In this document: piece by piece, positions 25,890 through 36,890 of the stretch
Numbering within the stretch: position 1 is the stretch's first letter
Layout: each line of letters starts with the position of its first letter
Source: an uncultured Collinsella sp.
GTDB taxonomy: Bacteria; Actinomycetota; Coriobacteriia; Coriobacteriales; Coriobacteriaceae
Assembly: GCA_959026725.1 (NCBI GenBank)
Contig: CAUFMG010000002.1
Span: forward strand, 119,067 to 183,066
DNA length: 64,000 bases
Reading direction: 5' to 3'
Translations under genes and position numbers: made by a program
Notes under the pieces: generated by a model
Database searches by the model: none
Told to the model about the DNA's origin: nothing
What the model saw: the letters and a program-made list of their open reading frames with translations, nothing else

Positions 25890-27989
25890 ATGGCTAAGCC
25901 TAAGTACAAGCTTTCCGATACCCGTAACATCGGCATCATGGCCCACATCGATGCCGGTAAGACCACCACGACCGAGCGTATTCTTTACTACACCGGTAAG
26001 ACCCACAAGATCGGTGAGGTCCATGAGGGCGCTGCCACCATGGACTGGATGGTTCAGGAGCAGGAGCGCGGCGTAACCATTACCTCCGCTGCTACCACGT
26101 GCTTCTGGAAGAAGGACGGTACCGACTACCGCATCCAGATCATCGACACCCCGGGCCACGTTGACTTCACCGCCGAGGTCGAGCGCTGCCTGCGCGTCCT
26201 CGATGGCGCTGTCGCCGTCTTCGACGCCGTTGCCGGTGTTCAGCCCCAGTCTGAGACCGTTTGGCGTCAGGCTTCTACCTTCAACGTCCCCCGCATCGCC
26301 TTCATCAACAAGTATGACCGCGTGGGCGCAGACTTCTTCAACGCTATCGAGACCATGAAGGATCGTCTCGACGCCAACGCCGTGGCCGCTCAGGTCCCGA
26401 TGGGCGCCGAGGACAACTTCTGGGGCGTCATCGACCTCGTCACCATGACTGCTTGGGACTTCAAGGCCGACGACAAGGGCATGACCTACCCCGAGCCGAT
26501 GGACGAGATCCCGGCTGAGTTTGCTGACATCGCTGCCACCAAGCGCGAGGAGCTCCTCGACGCTGCTGCCAGCTTTGACGACGAGCTCATGGAGAAGATC
26601 CTCATGGAGGAGGACTTCACCGTCGAGGAGCTCAAGGCTGCCCTGCGTAAGGGCGTTCTGGCCAACGAGCTCAACCTCGTCTTCGTGGGCTCCGCCTACA
26701 AGAACAAGGGCGTTCAGGAGCTGCTCGACGCTGTCGTCGACTACCTGCCCAGCCCGCTCGACGTTGAGGCCGTCACCGGTACCGATCCGGATACCGGCGA
26801 GGAGATCCAGCGTCATCCTTCCTTCGACGAGCCTTTCTCCGGCCTGGTCTTCAAGATCATGACCGACCCGTTCGTCGGTAAGCTCACCTACGTCCGCGTT
26901 TACTCCGGCCGCGCCGAGTCCGGCTCCTACGTGGTCAACGCTTCCAACGGTCAGCGCGAGCGCCTCGGCCGCATCCTCGAGATGAACGCCGCCGAGCGTA
27001 TCGACCGTGACGACGCTGCCGCCGGCGACATCGTCGCTTGCGTCGGCTTCAAGAACTCCACCACCGGTGACACCCTGTGCGCCGAGGGCAAGGAGATCGT
27101 CCTCGAGAAGATCGAGTTCGCTAAGCCCGTTATCGACGTTGCCATCGAGCCCAAGACCAAGGCCGAGCAGGACAAGATGTCCCTGGCTCTGACCAAGCTC
27201 GCCGAGGAGGACCCGACCTTCCAGGTGTCCACCAACCACGAGACCGGCCAGACCATCATCGCCGGCATGGGCGAGCTGCACCTCGAGATCATCGTCGACC
27301 GTCTGCTCCGCGAGTTCAAGGTTGACGCTAACGTTGGTAAGCCCCAGGTTGCCTACCGCGAGACCGCTGGTCACGACGTCGAGAAGGCTGAGGGCAAGTT
27401 CGTCCGTCAGTCCGGCGGTCGCGGTCAGTACGGTCACGCCGTCATCAAGCTCGAGAAGATGGAGGAGGGCTTCGGCTACGAGTTCGTCAACGCTATCGTC
27501 GGCGGCGTCGTGCCTAAGGAGTACATCCCGTCCATCGACAAGGGCATCCAGGAGGCCCTGAACACCGGTGTTATCGCCGGCTTCCCGGTCCTCGACGTTA
27601 AGGTCACCCTGTTCGACGGTTCTTACCACGAGGTCGACTCCTCTGAGGCCGCCTTCAAGATCGCCGGTTCCATGGCTATCAAGGACGCCCTCAAGAAGTC
27701 CGATCCGCAGCTGCTCGAGCCGATCATGGCTGTCGAGGTCGAGACCCCCGAGCAGTACATGGGCGACGTTATGGGCAACCTCTCCGGTCGCCGCGGCAAG
27801 ATCGAGGGCATGGAGGATCGCAAAAACAGCAAGCTCATCCGTGCCAAGGTGCCGCTGGGCGAGATGTTCGGTTACGCTACCGACCTTCGCTCCCAGACCC
27901 AGGGCCGTGCATCCTACACGATGCAGTTCGACTCTTATGAGCCCGCGCCCAAGTCCATCGTGGACGAGGTCATGAGCAAGAATGCCTAA
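25890..27989 (+). CDS. fusA: elongation factor G
   Basis: [15 protein letters not shown] and DTPGHVDF GTPase motifs; full-length EF-G. Confidence 0.97.
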   Translation: MAKPKYKLSDTRNIGIMAHIDAGKTTTTERILYYTGKTHKIGEVHEGAATMDWMVQEQERGVTITSAATTCFWKKDGTDYRIQIIDTPGHVDFTAEVERCLRVLDGAVAVFDAVAGVQPQSETVWRQASTFNVPRIAFINKYDRVGADFFNAIETMKDRLDANAVAAQVPMGAEDNFWGVIDLVTMTAWDFKADDKGMTYPEPMDEIPAEFADIAATKREELLDAAASFDDELMEKILMEEDFTVEELKAALRKGVLANELNLVFVGSAYKNKGVQELLDAVVDYLPSPLDVEAVTGTDPDTGEEIQRHPSFDEPFSGLVFKIMTDPFVGKLTYVRVYSGRAESGSYVVNASNGQRERLGRILEMNAAERIDRDDAAAGDIVACVGFKNSTTGDTLCAEGKEIVLEKIEFAKPVIDVAIEPKTKAEQDKMSLALTKLAEEDPTFQVSTNHETGQTIIAGMGELHLEIIVDRLLREFKVDANVGKPQVAYRETAGHDVEKAEGKFVRQSGGRGQYGHAVIKLEKMEEGFGYEFVNAIVGGVVPKEYIPSIDKGIQEALNTGVIAGFPVLDVKVTLFDGSYHEVDSSEAAFKIAGSMAIKDALKKSDPQLLEPIMAVEVETPEQYMGDVMGNLSGRRGKIEGMEDRKNSKLIRAKVPLGEMFGYATDLRSQTQGRASYTMQFDSYEPAPKSIVDEVMSKNA

Positions 27990-28049
27990 GTTCGAGCTCC
28001 CTGTTACGTAATCCGCGAGAACATCTCTCGCACTCTTTGGAGGTTTAAG

Positions 28050-28358
28050 TTGGCTACCCAGAAGATCCGCATTCGCCTCAAGGGCTATGATCACGAGGTC
28101 GTCGATCAGTCCGCGAAGCTCATCGTCGAGACCGCTCAGAAGACCGGCGCTCGCGTTTCCGGTCCTGTCCCCCTGCCCACCGAGCGCAACCTGTACACGG
28201 TTATCCGCTCGCCGCACGTGAACAAGGACTCCCGTGAGCAGTTCGAGATGCGCACTCACAAGCGCCTCATCGACATCCTCGACCCCACCTCGGGCACCGT
28301 TGATTCGCTCATGCGTCTCGACCTCCCCGCTGGCGTCGACATCGACATCAAGCTCTAA
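28050..28358 (+). CDS. rpsJ: 30S ribosomal protein S10
   Basis: [12 protein letters not shown]...[13 protein letters not shown], with a TTG start. Confidence 0.95.
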   Translation: MATQKIRIRLKGYDHEVVDQSAKLIVETAQKTGARVSGPVPLPTERNLYTVIRSPHVNKDSREQFEMRTHKRLIDILDPTSGTVDSLMRLDLPAGVDIDIKL

Positions 28359-28377
28359 GCGATATCGCTCATAGCTT

Positions 28378-28415
28378 AAAGGGCCCCGCTGCCGTTACGG
28401 TAGCGGGGCCCTTTT
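28378..28415. terminator. bidirectional terminator between rpsJ and birA
   Basis: aaagggccccgct / agcggggcccttt stem with A and T runs on both sides. Confidence 0.85.
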
Positions 28416-28474
28416 GTTTAGCATGATGGGATTGGACCGCCGGATAAGGCTGCCGAGCGGCTGGCTGTGGCGCC

Positions 28475-29251
28475 CTATTCGCTCGCGGGACGCAGCGATG
28501 CCTCCTCAAAATGGAAGGATCGCAAACCGCCTTCCGTTTCGATACACGCGCGACCAAAGCCATCGACGGTTTTAAAGATGCCGCGTGCTAGCTCGTCGCC
28601 GGCAGGGGAACGGGCGATAACGTGCTCCCCAATCCAATTGAGGTGAGTGACATATTCGCCGTGGACGGGCGCGAGCGGTCCGCCGTCTTCTTCCATGGCG
28701 TTAAGACGCTCTGCCCACGCATCTACAGCGTCTATAACTGCGTGATAGACCTCATCGAGGAGCATGTTGACGGTGGGAACGCTCTCGTTAAGGTCCGAGA
28801 GGCCAATTGCCGCCAGACCGCCATCGGGTACCTCTTGGGGCGTGTAGTTTACGTTGACGCCAATGCCGCAGACGGCGAAGGGCTTGCCTTCGTTATCGCG
28901 TGCGGCCTCGACCAGAATGCCGCCGAGCTTGCGTCCTCGCGCGACAAGGTCGTTGGGCCATTTAAGGTGAATCTCGTTTGCAAGACCCTGCTTTTCGAGT
29001 GCTTCAAGCACCGCTAGGCCGCTGACGGCGGCAAGACCAGAGAACTTTGCAGGATTAACGCATGGGCGCAGGACAATCGAAAGCAATAAGTTGCCGACGG
29101 TTGAGTCCCACTTGTGCCCGCGCCGGCCGCGTCCTGCTGTTTGAGCCCGGGCGGCAAGTCCTGTGCCGTGCGGCGCTCCCTGTTTTCCTGCTTCGAGCAG
29201 GTCATCGTTGGTCGATCCGGTTACGTCGACTATCGTTAATTTGGCATCCAT
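28475..29251 (-). CDS. birA: biotin--[acetyl-CoA-carboxylase] ligase (class I, no HTH domain)
   Basis: GRGRRGHKW biotin-binding motif. At 258 aa it has no N-terminal repressor domain. Confidence 0.85.
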   Translation of the reverse strand: MDAKLTIVDVTGSTNDDLLEAGKQGAPHGTGLAARAQTAGRGRRGHKWDSTVGNLLLSIVLRPCVNPAKFSGLAAVSGLAVLEALEKQGLANEIHLKWPNDLVARGRKLGGILVEAARDNEGKPFAVCGIGVNVNYTPQEVPDGGLAAIGLSDLNESVPTVNMLLDEVYHAVIDAVDAWAERLNAMEEDGGPLAPVHGEYVTHLNWIGEHVIARSPAGDELARGIFKTVDGFGRACIETEGGLRSFHFEEASLRPASE

Positions 29252-29349
29252 AACGGTTGCTACCTCCTAAGTTAATAAGGCAATCGCGTAATGGTGTCGA
29301 GAGATAGACACAATGTGAAGCCTTTGTCGCATTTGGACAATTTAATGTT

Positions 29350-29411
29350 AACACGTCAACAACGACTAAAATGCGCTATCCTCTCTTGGTCGATGTAAAC
29401 ACGTCAACAAC
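29350..29411 (+). promoter_or_regulatory. 14-nt perfect direct repeat aacacgtcaacaac x2 upstream of fabH; candidate operator
   Basis: 29350-29363 and 29398-29411, 48 nt apart. The second copy ends 16 nt before the fabH ATG. Confidence 0.3.
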
Positions 29412-29427
29412 TCAAAGGAGGCTAGTG

Positions 29428-30387
29428 ATGGGTTTCACGATTCTTGGAACAGGCTCGGCGCTTCCTGAGCGCAGTGTTTCCAATGACGAGCTGTCTGAGT
29501 TCCTCGATACCTCGGATGAGTGGATTTTTACCCGCACAGGTATCAAGAGCCGCCACGTCTGTACCACCGAGTCACTTGACGACCTTGCCGTAGCGGCGAG
29601 CGAGCGGGCACTCCAGGTGTCCGGAATCGACGCGAGCCAGCTGGATCTGATCGTTTGCTCGACGACGACGGGTGACCACCTTGTTCCCGCTGAGGCGTGT
29701 GCCGTTGCTGAGCGACTAGGAGCGGCGTGCCCTGCCTTCGATGTCTCGGCGGCCTGTGCCGGCTTCGTGTTTGCGCTCGATGTCGCCGAGGGCTATATCG
29801 AGCGCGGTCGTGCCGAGCGCGTGCTTATCGTTGCTGCTGAGCAGATGACGCGCGCGCTCGACTGGACCGACCGCGCCACCTGCGTGCTCTTTGGCGATGG
29901 GGCAGGCGCCGCAGTGATTGGGGCTGGGGGAGACAGCCCCCTTGCCGTTGAGCTTTCGACGGCGCCCGACGTCGAGACGTTACACGTTCCCGGTCTGGTC
30001 GGCACCTCGCCGTTTAAGGCTTCCGCAGATAGCGCGAGCGTGCTGTCCATGAATGGCCGCCGCGTGTTCAAGTTCGGCGTCAACGCCATCTGTGACACGG
30101 TCCATAAGCTTGCGATCGATGCGAGCATTTTGGTCGAAGACATCGATCATTTTGTATTCCATCAGGCTAACGAACGAATCCTGAGCCAGGCGGTCAAGCG
30201 TCTGGGCGTGCCGGACGAGCGTGTGGTTCGCACGTTGCGCGAGACCGGCAACATTTCGAGCGCATGCATTCCGCTTGCCCTCGACCGGCTGGCAAACGCC
30301 GGTGCACTTCACACGGGCGACACGATCGCCTTGGTTGGATTTGGCGCCGGTCTGGATATAGGTGGCTATCTGCTTCGTTGGAAGTAG
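29428..30387 (+). CDS. fabH: 3-oxoacyl-ACP synthase III
   Basis: Trimmed to the ATG at 29428 after AAAGGAGG. AACAGF Cys site, and FHQAN / GFGAG motifs. Confidence 0.9.
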   Translation: MGFTILGTGSALPERSVSNDELSEFLDTSDEWIFTRTGIKSRHVCTTESLDDLAVAASERALQVSGIDASQLDLIVCSTTTGDHLVPAEACAVAERLGAACPAFDVSAACAGFVFALDVAEGYIERGRAERVLIVAAEQMTRALDWTDRATCVLFGDGAGAAVIGAGGDSPLAVELSTAPDVETLHVPGLVGTSPFKASADSASVLSMNGRRVFKFGVNAICDTVHKLAIDASILVEDIDHFVFHQANERILSQAVKRLGVPDERVVRTLRETGNISSACIPLALDRLANAGALHTGDTIALVGFGAGLDIGGYLLRWK

Positions 30388-30438
30388 TCGCACATAGGAA
30401 ATAAAAACGCCCTAGGGCACAACCAAAGGAGAACTACC

Positions 30439-30675
30439 ATGGCAGATCAGAAGACCTTCGAGCGCGTTTGCGACGTTATCCGCGAGACCGCTGGTCTTGA
30501 CGACGTTGAGATGAAGCCCGAGTCCACGCTCGAGGAGATTGGTCTCGACAGCCTGGGCACCGTCGAGATCCTCGTCGCCGTCGAGGACGAGTTTGGCATC
30601 CAGCTCGATACCGAGGAGAACCCCAAGACGGTCGGCGAGTTCGCCGATACGGTCGAGGCGGCATTGGAGAAGTAG
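30439..30675 (+). CDS. acpP: acyl carrier protein
   Basis: 78 aa with the LGLDSL phosphopantetheine site. Confidence 0.9.
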   Translation: MADQKTFERVCDVIRETAGLDDVEMKPESTLEEIGLDSLGTVEILVAVEDEFGIQLDTEENPKTVGEFADTVEAALEK

Positions 30676-30677
30676 AG

Positions 30678-31622
30678 ATGCTCAAGACTCCTCTCTGCGA
30701 TCTGCTCGGCATCGAAAAGCCCGTGTTCCAGGGCGGTATGGCCTGGATTGCCGATGCCTCGCTGGCGTCCGCAGTGTCCGAGGCGGGTGGCTTAGGCATC
30801 ATTGCGGCCATGAACGCCGACGCCAACTGGCTGCGCGACCAGATTCACGAGCTGCGCGCCAGGACGGATAAGCCCTTTGGCGTCAACGTCATGCTCATGA
30901 GCCCGTTCGCCGACGAGGTTGCACAGGTCGTGATTGACGAGCGAGTGCCGGTCGTCGTGACGGGCGCCGGCAATCCCGCCAAGTACATGAAGGCGTGGAA
31001 CGAGGCGGGCATCAAGGTCATCCCGGTCGTTGCCTCGGTGGCGCTGGCGCGCCTCGTGGCACGTCGTGGAGCCACGGCGGTTGTTGCCGAGGGTACCGAA
31101 TCGGGCGGCCATATTGGCGAGACCTCGACGATGGCACTGGTGCCGCAGGTCGTCGATGCGGTTGACATTCCCGTCGTGGCCGCCGGCGGTATTGCCGACG
31201 GCCGCGGCGTGGCGGCCGCCTTTATGCTGGGCGCCGAAGGCGTGCAAGTGGGTACGCGCTTTCTGGTCGCAGACGAGTGCACCGTCTCGGAGCAGTACAA
31301 AGAGATGGTCCTGAAGGCCAACGACACTTCAACGCGTGCGACCGGTCGCTCGACGGGACATCCAGTGCGCGCCCTCAAGAGCCCCTTCACCAACGCCTAT
31401 GCCAAGAGCGAGGGTTCCGGCGCGAGTGCCGAGGAGCTCGGTGCTATGGGAACCGGTGCGCTGCGTAAGGCCGCCAAGGACGGCAACTACGAAGAGGGTT
31501 CGTTTTTGTGTGGACAGATTGCCGGCATGGTTAGCGAGCGCCAGAGCGCACGCGAAATCGTTGACGATCTGGTCGATGGCGCCGAGCGCGTCCTGAAGGG
31601 TGCGTCCGCATGGGTAGCGTAG
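30678..31622 (+). CDS. fabK: enoyl-ACP reductase II (FMN-dependent, FabK type)
   Basis: Near-colinear by eye with streptococcal FabK: PVFQGGMAWIAD, GAGNPAKYM, AEGTESGGHIG, AAGGIADGRG. Confidence 0.8.
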   Translation: MLKTPLCDLLGIEKPVFQGGMAWIADASLASAVSEAGGLGIIAAMNADANWLRDQIHELRARTDKPFGVNVMLMSPFADEVAQVVIDERVPVVVTGAGNPAKYMKAWNEAGIKVIPVVASVALARLVARRGATAVVAEGTESGGHIGETSTMALVPQVVDAVDIPVVAAGGIADGRGVAAAFMLGAEGVQVGTRFLVADECTVSEQYKEMVLKANDTSTRATGRSTGHPVRALKSPFTNAYAKSEGSGASAEELGAMGTGALRKAAKDGNYEEGSFLCGQIAGMVSERQSAREIVDDLVDGAERVLKGASAWVA

Positions 31623-32536
31623 CGTTTCTGTTTGCCGGCCAGGGTGCCCAACACCCCGCGATGGGCGTCGACCTGATCGAGACATCGCCGGCGGCCGCCG
31701 AGGTGTTCACCATTGCCGACGAGGTGCGCCCGGGGACGAGCGAGCAGTGCCGGAGCGCCTCCAAGGAGGAGCTCTCGCAGACCGAGAACACGCAGCCTTG
31801 CGTGTTCGTGCACGACTTGGCTGTCGCCGTCGCCCTGCGCGAGCGCGGCGTGGTGCCTGCCGCCTGTGCGGGATTCTCGCTGGGCGAGGTCGCTGCACTC
31901 AGCTTTGCGGGGGCATTCGATACGCGAGCGGGTTTTGAGCTCGTGTGTGAGCGCGCGGCATTGATGGCCACGGCGGCCGAGCGTCACCCTGGCGGCATGC
32001 GCGCCGTCATCAAACTTGATGCTGCGCAAGTCGAGAACCTGGCTGCGCAGGCCGGCGAGGACTGCTGGCCGGTCAACTACAACAGTCCCCAGCAGACGGT
32101 TGTGGCCGGAGCGCCCGATGCGCTGCAGACCCTCGACGTCCTAGTAAAAGAGGCTGGCGGCCGCGCCATGAAGGTCGCGGTGTCGGGTGCATTTCATAGC
32201 CCCTATATGGCCGAGGCGACCTGTGGCCTTGCCGCATATATTGAGGCCGGTCACGCGCCGTCCCCGTTGCTCATTCCTGTTTTGGCAAATATGACAGCGG
32301 CGCCCTATCCGGCGGACCCCCAGACGGCATCGGATGTCTTGGCCAATCAGGTGAGCAATGCCGTGCGCTGGGTCGATACGCTGCATGCTCTGCAGGATCA
32401 AGGCATCGACACATTTATTGAGGTCGGCCCCGGCAAAACGCTGTCCGGCCTGATCAAGCGTACGTTGAGCGACGTTCGTGTGTATTCGTGCGAGACGGCC
32501 GAGCAGGTCGCAGCTATTGCCGACGAGCTCGCATAG
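31610..32536 (+). CDS. fabD: malonyl CoA-ACP transacylase
   Basis: FAGQGAQ and GFSLGE active-site motifs. Confidence 0.9.
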   Translation: MGSVAFLFAGQGAQHPAMGVDLIETSPAAAEVFTIADEVRPGTSEQCRSASKEELSQTENTQPCVFVHDLAVAVALRERGVVPAACAGFSLGEVAALSFAGAFDTRAGFELVCERAALMATAAERHPGGMRAVIKLDAAQVENLAAQAGEDCWPVNYNSPQQTVVAGAPDALQTLDVLVKEAGGRAMKVAVSGAFHSPYMAEATCGLAAYIEAGHAPSPLLIPVLANMTAAPYPADPQTASDVLANQVSNAVRWVDTLHALQDQGIDTFIEVGPGKTLSGLIKRTLSDVRVYSCETAEQVAAIADELA

Positions 32537-32566
32537 TCCACAGGGCTGTAACCCGAAAGGAATGAC

Positions 32567-33340
32567 ATGGGCAACTTGAACAATGGCGCGCTCGAGCGCA
32601 ACGACTCACGTCGCGTGGCACTGGTCACGGGCGGCTCGCGGGGTATCGGCCGCGCCTGCGCTATCGGTCTGGCGGAGGATGGCTACGATATCGCCGTCGT
32701 CTATGCCGGCGGCGTCGATGCGGCGCGCGAGACGTGCGACGCCTGCGAGGCGGCTGGCGCCACGGCGCGCTCATATCAATGTGACGTGGCCGACCCCGCT
32801 GCCGTCAACGCGTGCGTGGAAGCGGTCCTCAACGACTTTGGCTCCATTTGGGCGCTCGTCAACAACGCTGGCATCACCCGCGATGGCCTGCTCATGCGCA
32901 TGGGCGATGACGCCTTCGATCGCGTGCTCGATGTCAATCTTAAAGGAACGTTTAACACGACGCGTGCGCTCACCAAGACCTTTATGCGCCAGCGCGGCGG
33001 CTGCGTCGTCAACATGAGCTCGGTTGTGGGCCTGATGGGCAATGCCGGGCAGGCCAACTACGCTGCCTCCAAGGCGGGCGTGATCGGCCTGACCAAGGCG
33101 GTGGCGCGCGAGCTTGCGCCCCGCGGTGTACGAGTGAACGCGGTCGCCCCCGGGTTTGTCGAGACAGATATGACGGCAAAGCTCTCGGAGAAGGTGTGTA
33201 CGGTAACCGAGGAGCAGATTCCCCTTAAGCGTATGGCGCAGCCCGAAGAGGTGGCCGGTGTGGTGCGATTTTTAGTGAGCGATGCGGCTGCCTACATTAC
33301 GGGCGAAGTCGTACGCGTCGACGGCGGAATGGCGATGTAG
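32567..33340 (+). CDS. fabG: 3-oxoacyl-ACP reductase
   Basis: SDR motifs: TGGSRGIGRA, NNAG and YAASKAG. Confidence 0.9.
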   Translation: MGNLNNGALERNDSRRVALVTGGSRGIGRACAIGLAEDGYDIAVVYAGGVDAARETCDACEAAGATARSYQCDVADPAAVNACVEAVLNDFGSIWALVNNAGITRDGLLMRMGDDAFDRVLDVNLKGTFNTTRALTKTFMRQRGGCVVNMSSVVGLMGNAGQANYAASKAGVIGLTKAVARELAPRGVRVNAVAPGFVETDMTAKLSEKVCTVTEEQIPLKRMAQPEEVAGVVRFLVSDAAAYITGEVVRVDGGMAM

Positions 33341-33376
33341 AAACCAGGGCCGAAGAACGGCTTGGATGAGGAGACC

Positions 33377-34627
33377 ATGATGGAACAGAGAGTTGCAATC
33401 ACCGGTATCGGTGCCGTGTCGCCGCTCGGCAACACCGCGCTTGCCACCTGGGCGGCCATGTGCGCCGGCACGTGCGGCATCGGCCCGATCACGCACTTCG
33501 ATACCGATGCGTTTGCCGTCAAGGTGGCAGCCGAGGTCAAGGGCTTTGACGGCAACGAGTACTTTGGCAAGCGTGACGCCAAGCATCTCGACCCCTGCGT
33601 TCAGTTTGCGATGGCGGCTTCGGACGAAGCCATGCACGATGCGGGCTTTGATGTCGAAGGCGCCATCGATCGCGAGCGCCTGGGCGTCTACGTGGGCTCG
33701 GGCGTGGGCGGCATGACGACGCTCGTCGACAACGTCCATACGATTGCCGAACGTGGGCCCCGCCGCGCATCGCCCTATATGATCGCGATGATGATCCCCA
33801 ACATGGCATCGGGCAATATCGCAATCCGCCACAAGGCAAAGGGCCCGACCCTGCCCGTGGTGACCGCGTGCGCAACCTCGGCCCATGCGGTGGGCGAGGC
33901 GTTCCGCGCCATCAAGCACGGCTATGCCGACGCGATCCTCGCGGGCGGCGCCGAGGCTGCAATTATCCCCGATGCCGTTGCGGGCTTTACGTCCTGCCGC
34001 GCATTGACCACCAACCCCGATCCCGCGACGGCCTGCCGTCCGTTCGATGCAGACCGCGACGGCTTTGTGATGGGCGAGGGCGCCTGCGTGCTGGTACTCG
34101 AGAGCATGGAACATGCGCAGGCGCGCGGTGCGCACATTTATGCCGAGGTCGTGGGCTACGGCAACACCGATGATGCCTATCACATCACGAGTCCTGATCC
34201 CGAGGCTGCCGGCATTGCCCGCGCGATATCGCTGGCGGTGACCGAGGGCGACGTCAAGCCTTCCGAGGGTCTCTACATCAATGCCCACGGCACATCGACC
34301 AAGCTCAACGATTCGTCCGAGACGACGGGCATTAAGCGTGCGCTCGGCGAGGACGCGGCGCGCGCCGCGCACGTCTCGTCGACTAAGTCGATGACCGGCC
34401 ACATGATCGGTGCCACGGGCGCCATCGAGGTCATGGCCTGCGCCATGGCGCTCGAGCAGGGCGTGGTGCCGCCGACCATTAACTACCACACGCCCGATCC
34501 CGCCTGCGATCTTGACTACACGCCCAATCGCGCGGTTCGCGCCGACCTTACCTGGGCGCTTTCGACCAACCTGGGCTTTGGCGGACACAACGCCGCCATC
34601 GCGCTGCGTAGATATACGAGGAGCTAG
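33377..34627 (+). CDS. fabF: 3-oxoacyl-ACP synthase II
   Basis: KAS I/II motifs (ACATSAHA, NAHGTST, FGFGGHN). ATG 33377 or 33380 follows GAGGAG. Confidence 0.9.
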   Translation: MMEQRVAITGIGAVSPLGNTALATWAAMCAGTCGIGPITHFDTDAFAVKVAAEVKGFDGNEYFGKRDAKHLDPCVQFAMAASDEAMHDAGFDVEGAIDRERLGVYVGSGVGGMTTLVDNVHTIAERGPRRASPYMIAMMIPNMASGNIAIRHKAKGPTLPVVTACATSAHAVGEAFRAIKHGYADAILAGGAEAAIIPDAVAGFTSCRALTTNPDPATACRPFDADRDGFVMGEGACVLVLESMEHAQARGAHIYAEVVGYGNTDDAYHITSPDPEAAGIARAISLAVTEGDVKPSEGLYINAHGTSTKLNDSSETTGIKRALGEDAARAAHVSSTKSMTGHMIGATGAIEVMACAMALEQGVVPPTINYHTPDPACDLDYTPNRAVRADLTWALSTNLGFGGHNAAIALRRYTRS

Positions 34628-34630
34628 AGC

Positions 34631-35104
34631 ATGGATTCCAAAAGACTTGCCGAGATAGCCGATGTTATGGAGAACCGCGGCCTCACGCGCGTACGCGTTG
34701 AGGAGCCCGATGGCACCGCGGTCGAACTCGAGCGCGCGAGCGCCGCACAGCCGGTTGCCGTGCCCATGCCCATGCCGAGCGCTATAGCCACTCCAGTTGC
34801 AGCTCCCACAGTCGCGCCTGCCGCACCGGAGCCCGCCGCGCAGGCGCCTGCCGCCGCACCGGAGCCCAAGGGCACCGAGGTGACCGCTCCCATGGTCGGC
34901 GTGTTCTATGCTGCCCCGGCGCCGGGCGACGAGCCGTTTGTGCACGTGGGCTCCAAGGTCAAGGCCGGCGAGACCCTCTGCATCATCGAGGCCATGAAGG
35001 TTCTCAACGAGGTGACGGCCGAGGCGGATGGCGAGGTGCTCGAGATCTGCGTGGCCGACGGCGACCTCGTGGAGTTCGGCAGCTGCCTCATGAGGATCGG
35101 ATAG
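34631..35104 (+). CDS. accB: acetyl-CoA carboxylase biotin carboxyl carrier protein
   Basis: Ala/Pro linker and the CIIEAMKVLNEV biotinyl-lysine motif. Confidence 0.85.
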   Translation: MDSKRLAEIADVMENRGLTRVRVEEPDGTAVELERASAAQPVAVPMPMPSAIATPVAAPTVAPAAPEPAAQAPAAAPEPKGTEVTAPMVGVFYAAPAPGDEPFVHVGSKVKAGETLCIIEAMKVLNEVTAEADGEVLEICVADGDLVEFGSCLMRIG

Positions 35105-35536
35105 GTGATATCCATGAACAAAGAAGAGCTCAAGAAGCTGTTACCGCATCGCGAGCCGATGCTTTTGCTCGACGAAGCCGAGCTGGTGGGCGACGAGGCC
35201 CACGGCAAGATCACGATTACGGGCGACGAATACTTTTTGCAGGGGCATTTTCCGGGAAACCCGGTGGTCCCCGGCGTGATCCAGTGCGAGATGCTCGCCC
35301 AAAACTGCTGCGTGCTGCTGATGGGCGATGAGGAGGCGCGCGGCGCGACGCCGTTCTACACGAGTCTGGACAAGGTGCGCTTTAAGCGTCCGGTGCGCCC
35401 GGGCGACACGGTGGATCTGGTGTGCTCCATCACGCGTGCGCGCGGGCCGTTCCGCTTTGCGACGGGTACCGCGAGCGTCAACGGTGAGGTTTGCTGCCGC
35501 GCCGATATGTCTTTTGCACTCATGCACGAAAGTTAA
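35105..35536 (+). CDS. fabZ: 3-hydroxyacyl-ACP dehydratase
   Basis: LPHREPMLLLD and FLQGHFPGNPVVPGV motifs. ATG 35114 is an alternative start. Confidence 0.9.
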   Translation: MISMNKEELKKLLPHREPMLLLDEAELVGDEAHGKITITGDEYFLQGHFPGNPVVPGVIQCEMLAQNCCVLLMGDEEARGATPFYTSLDKVRFKRPVRPGDTVDLVCSITRARGPFRFATGTASVNGEVCCRADMSFALMHES

Positions 35537-35546
35537 GGAAGGCTCC

Positions 35547-36890
35547 ATGTTCGACAAAGTGCTCATCGCCAACCGCGGCGAAGTCGCGGTCCGTGTTATC
35601 CGCGCGTGCCGCGATATGGGCATCAAGACCGTCGCTGTTTATTCCACGGCCGATGCGGACGCGCTGCACGTGCAGCTTGCCGACGAGGCGTATTGCATCG
35701 GTGGCCCGCGTCTTGCCGAGAGCTACCTCAACGACGATGCTGTGCTCACCTGTGCCGTAAAGTCGGGAGCTAAGGCAATTCATCCCGGCTATGGCTTCTT
35801 TTCCGAGAAGGCGAGCTTCGTGCGCGACTGCGACAAGTATGGCCTGGCGTTTGTTGGTCCTTCGGCCAAGGTGATCGACAGCATGGGCGACAAGGACGCC
35901 GCACGTCGAACGGCTGCCGCGGCGGGCGTGCCCATCGTGCCGGGCTGCGATTTGCTCAAAAGCCCCGAGGAGGCAACGGCCGAGGCCGAGCGCATTGGCT
36001 GTCCCGTGCTCATTAAGGCGCGTGCAGGTGGCGGCGGTCGCGGTATTCGCAAGGTCGAGCGCGTGGAAGATGCGGCAAAGGCGTTCATCGAGGCGCGTGC
36101 CGAGGGCGAGGCCGTCTTTGGCGACGGCGAGTGCTACATGGAGAAGTTCGTCGCGCCGGCGCACCATGTCGAGGTGCAGATTATGGCCGATAAGCAGGGC
36201 CATGTGTTTTCGCTTGGCGAGCGCGAGTGCTCGGTGCAGCGTCGCAACCAAAAGCTGATCGAGGAGAGCCCCGCGCCGTGCCTCGACGGACACGACGACA
36301 TTCGTGCTCGCATGCACAAGGCAGCGCGTGACCTGGCTCGTGCCGTCGGCTACGAAGGAGCCGGTACCATCGAGTTCCTGTATTCGGACGACGGCAATTT
36401 CTACTTTATGGAAATGAACACGCGCTTGCAGGTGGAGCATCCGGTTACGGAGTTTGTGACCGATACCGACTTGGTCAAGTGGCAGCTGCGCGTGGCAGCC
36501 GGCCAGCCTCTGCCCTTTGAGCAGGAGGATATGCCGGTCCGCAACCACGCCATGGAGTGCCGCATCAATGCCGAAACGCCGGACTTTCTGCCGTCATGCG
36601 GAACGGTCACCGCGTTGCGTGTGCCGGGTGGTCCGCGCGTGCGCTGGGATTCCGCCATGTTTGCCGGTGCGAAAGTTCCGCCGTACTACGACTCCATGCT
36701 CGGCAAGCTCATCGTGTGTGCGCCCACGCGTGACGGCGCCATTCGCAAGATGCGCTCGGCCCTGGGCGAGCTCGTGATTGAGGGCGTGAGCGAAAACAGC
36801 GAGCTTCAGCTCGACGTGCTGGCAAACGACGAGTTCTTGTCGGGCATGTATCACACCGATCTAATGGGGCATCTCTATGCTGATGAATAG
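35547..36890 (+). CDS. accC: acetyl-CoA carboxylase biotin carboxylase
   Basis: Trimmed to the ATG at 35547. MFDKVLIANRGEVAVRVIRAC, GGGGRGI and EMNTRLQVEHPVTE. Confidence 0.92.
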   Translation: MFDKVLIANRGEVAVRVIRACRDMGIKTVAVYSTADADALHVQLADEAYCIGGPRLAESYLNDDAVLTCAVKSGAKAIHPGYGFFSEKASFVRDCDKYGLAFVGPSAKVIDSMGDKDAARRTAAAAGVPIVPGCDLLKSPEEATAEAERIGCPVLIKARAGGGGRGIRKVERVEDAAKAFIEARAEGEAVFGDGECYMEKFVAPAHHVEVQIMADKQGHVFSLGERECSVQRRNQKLIEESPAPCLDGHDDIRARMHKAARDLARAVGYEGAGTIEFLYSDDGNFYFMEMNTRLQVEHPVTEFVTDTDLVKWQLRVAAGQPLPFEQEDMPVRNHAMECRINAETPDFLPSCGTVTALRVPGGPRVRWDSAMFAGAKVPPYYDSMLGKLIVCAPTRDGAIRKMRSALGELVIEGVSENSELQLDVLANDEFLSGMYHTDLMGHLYADE

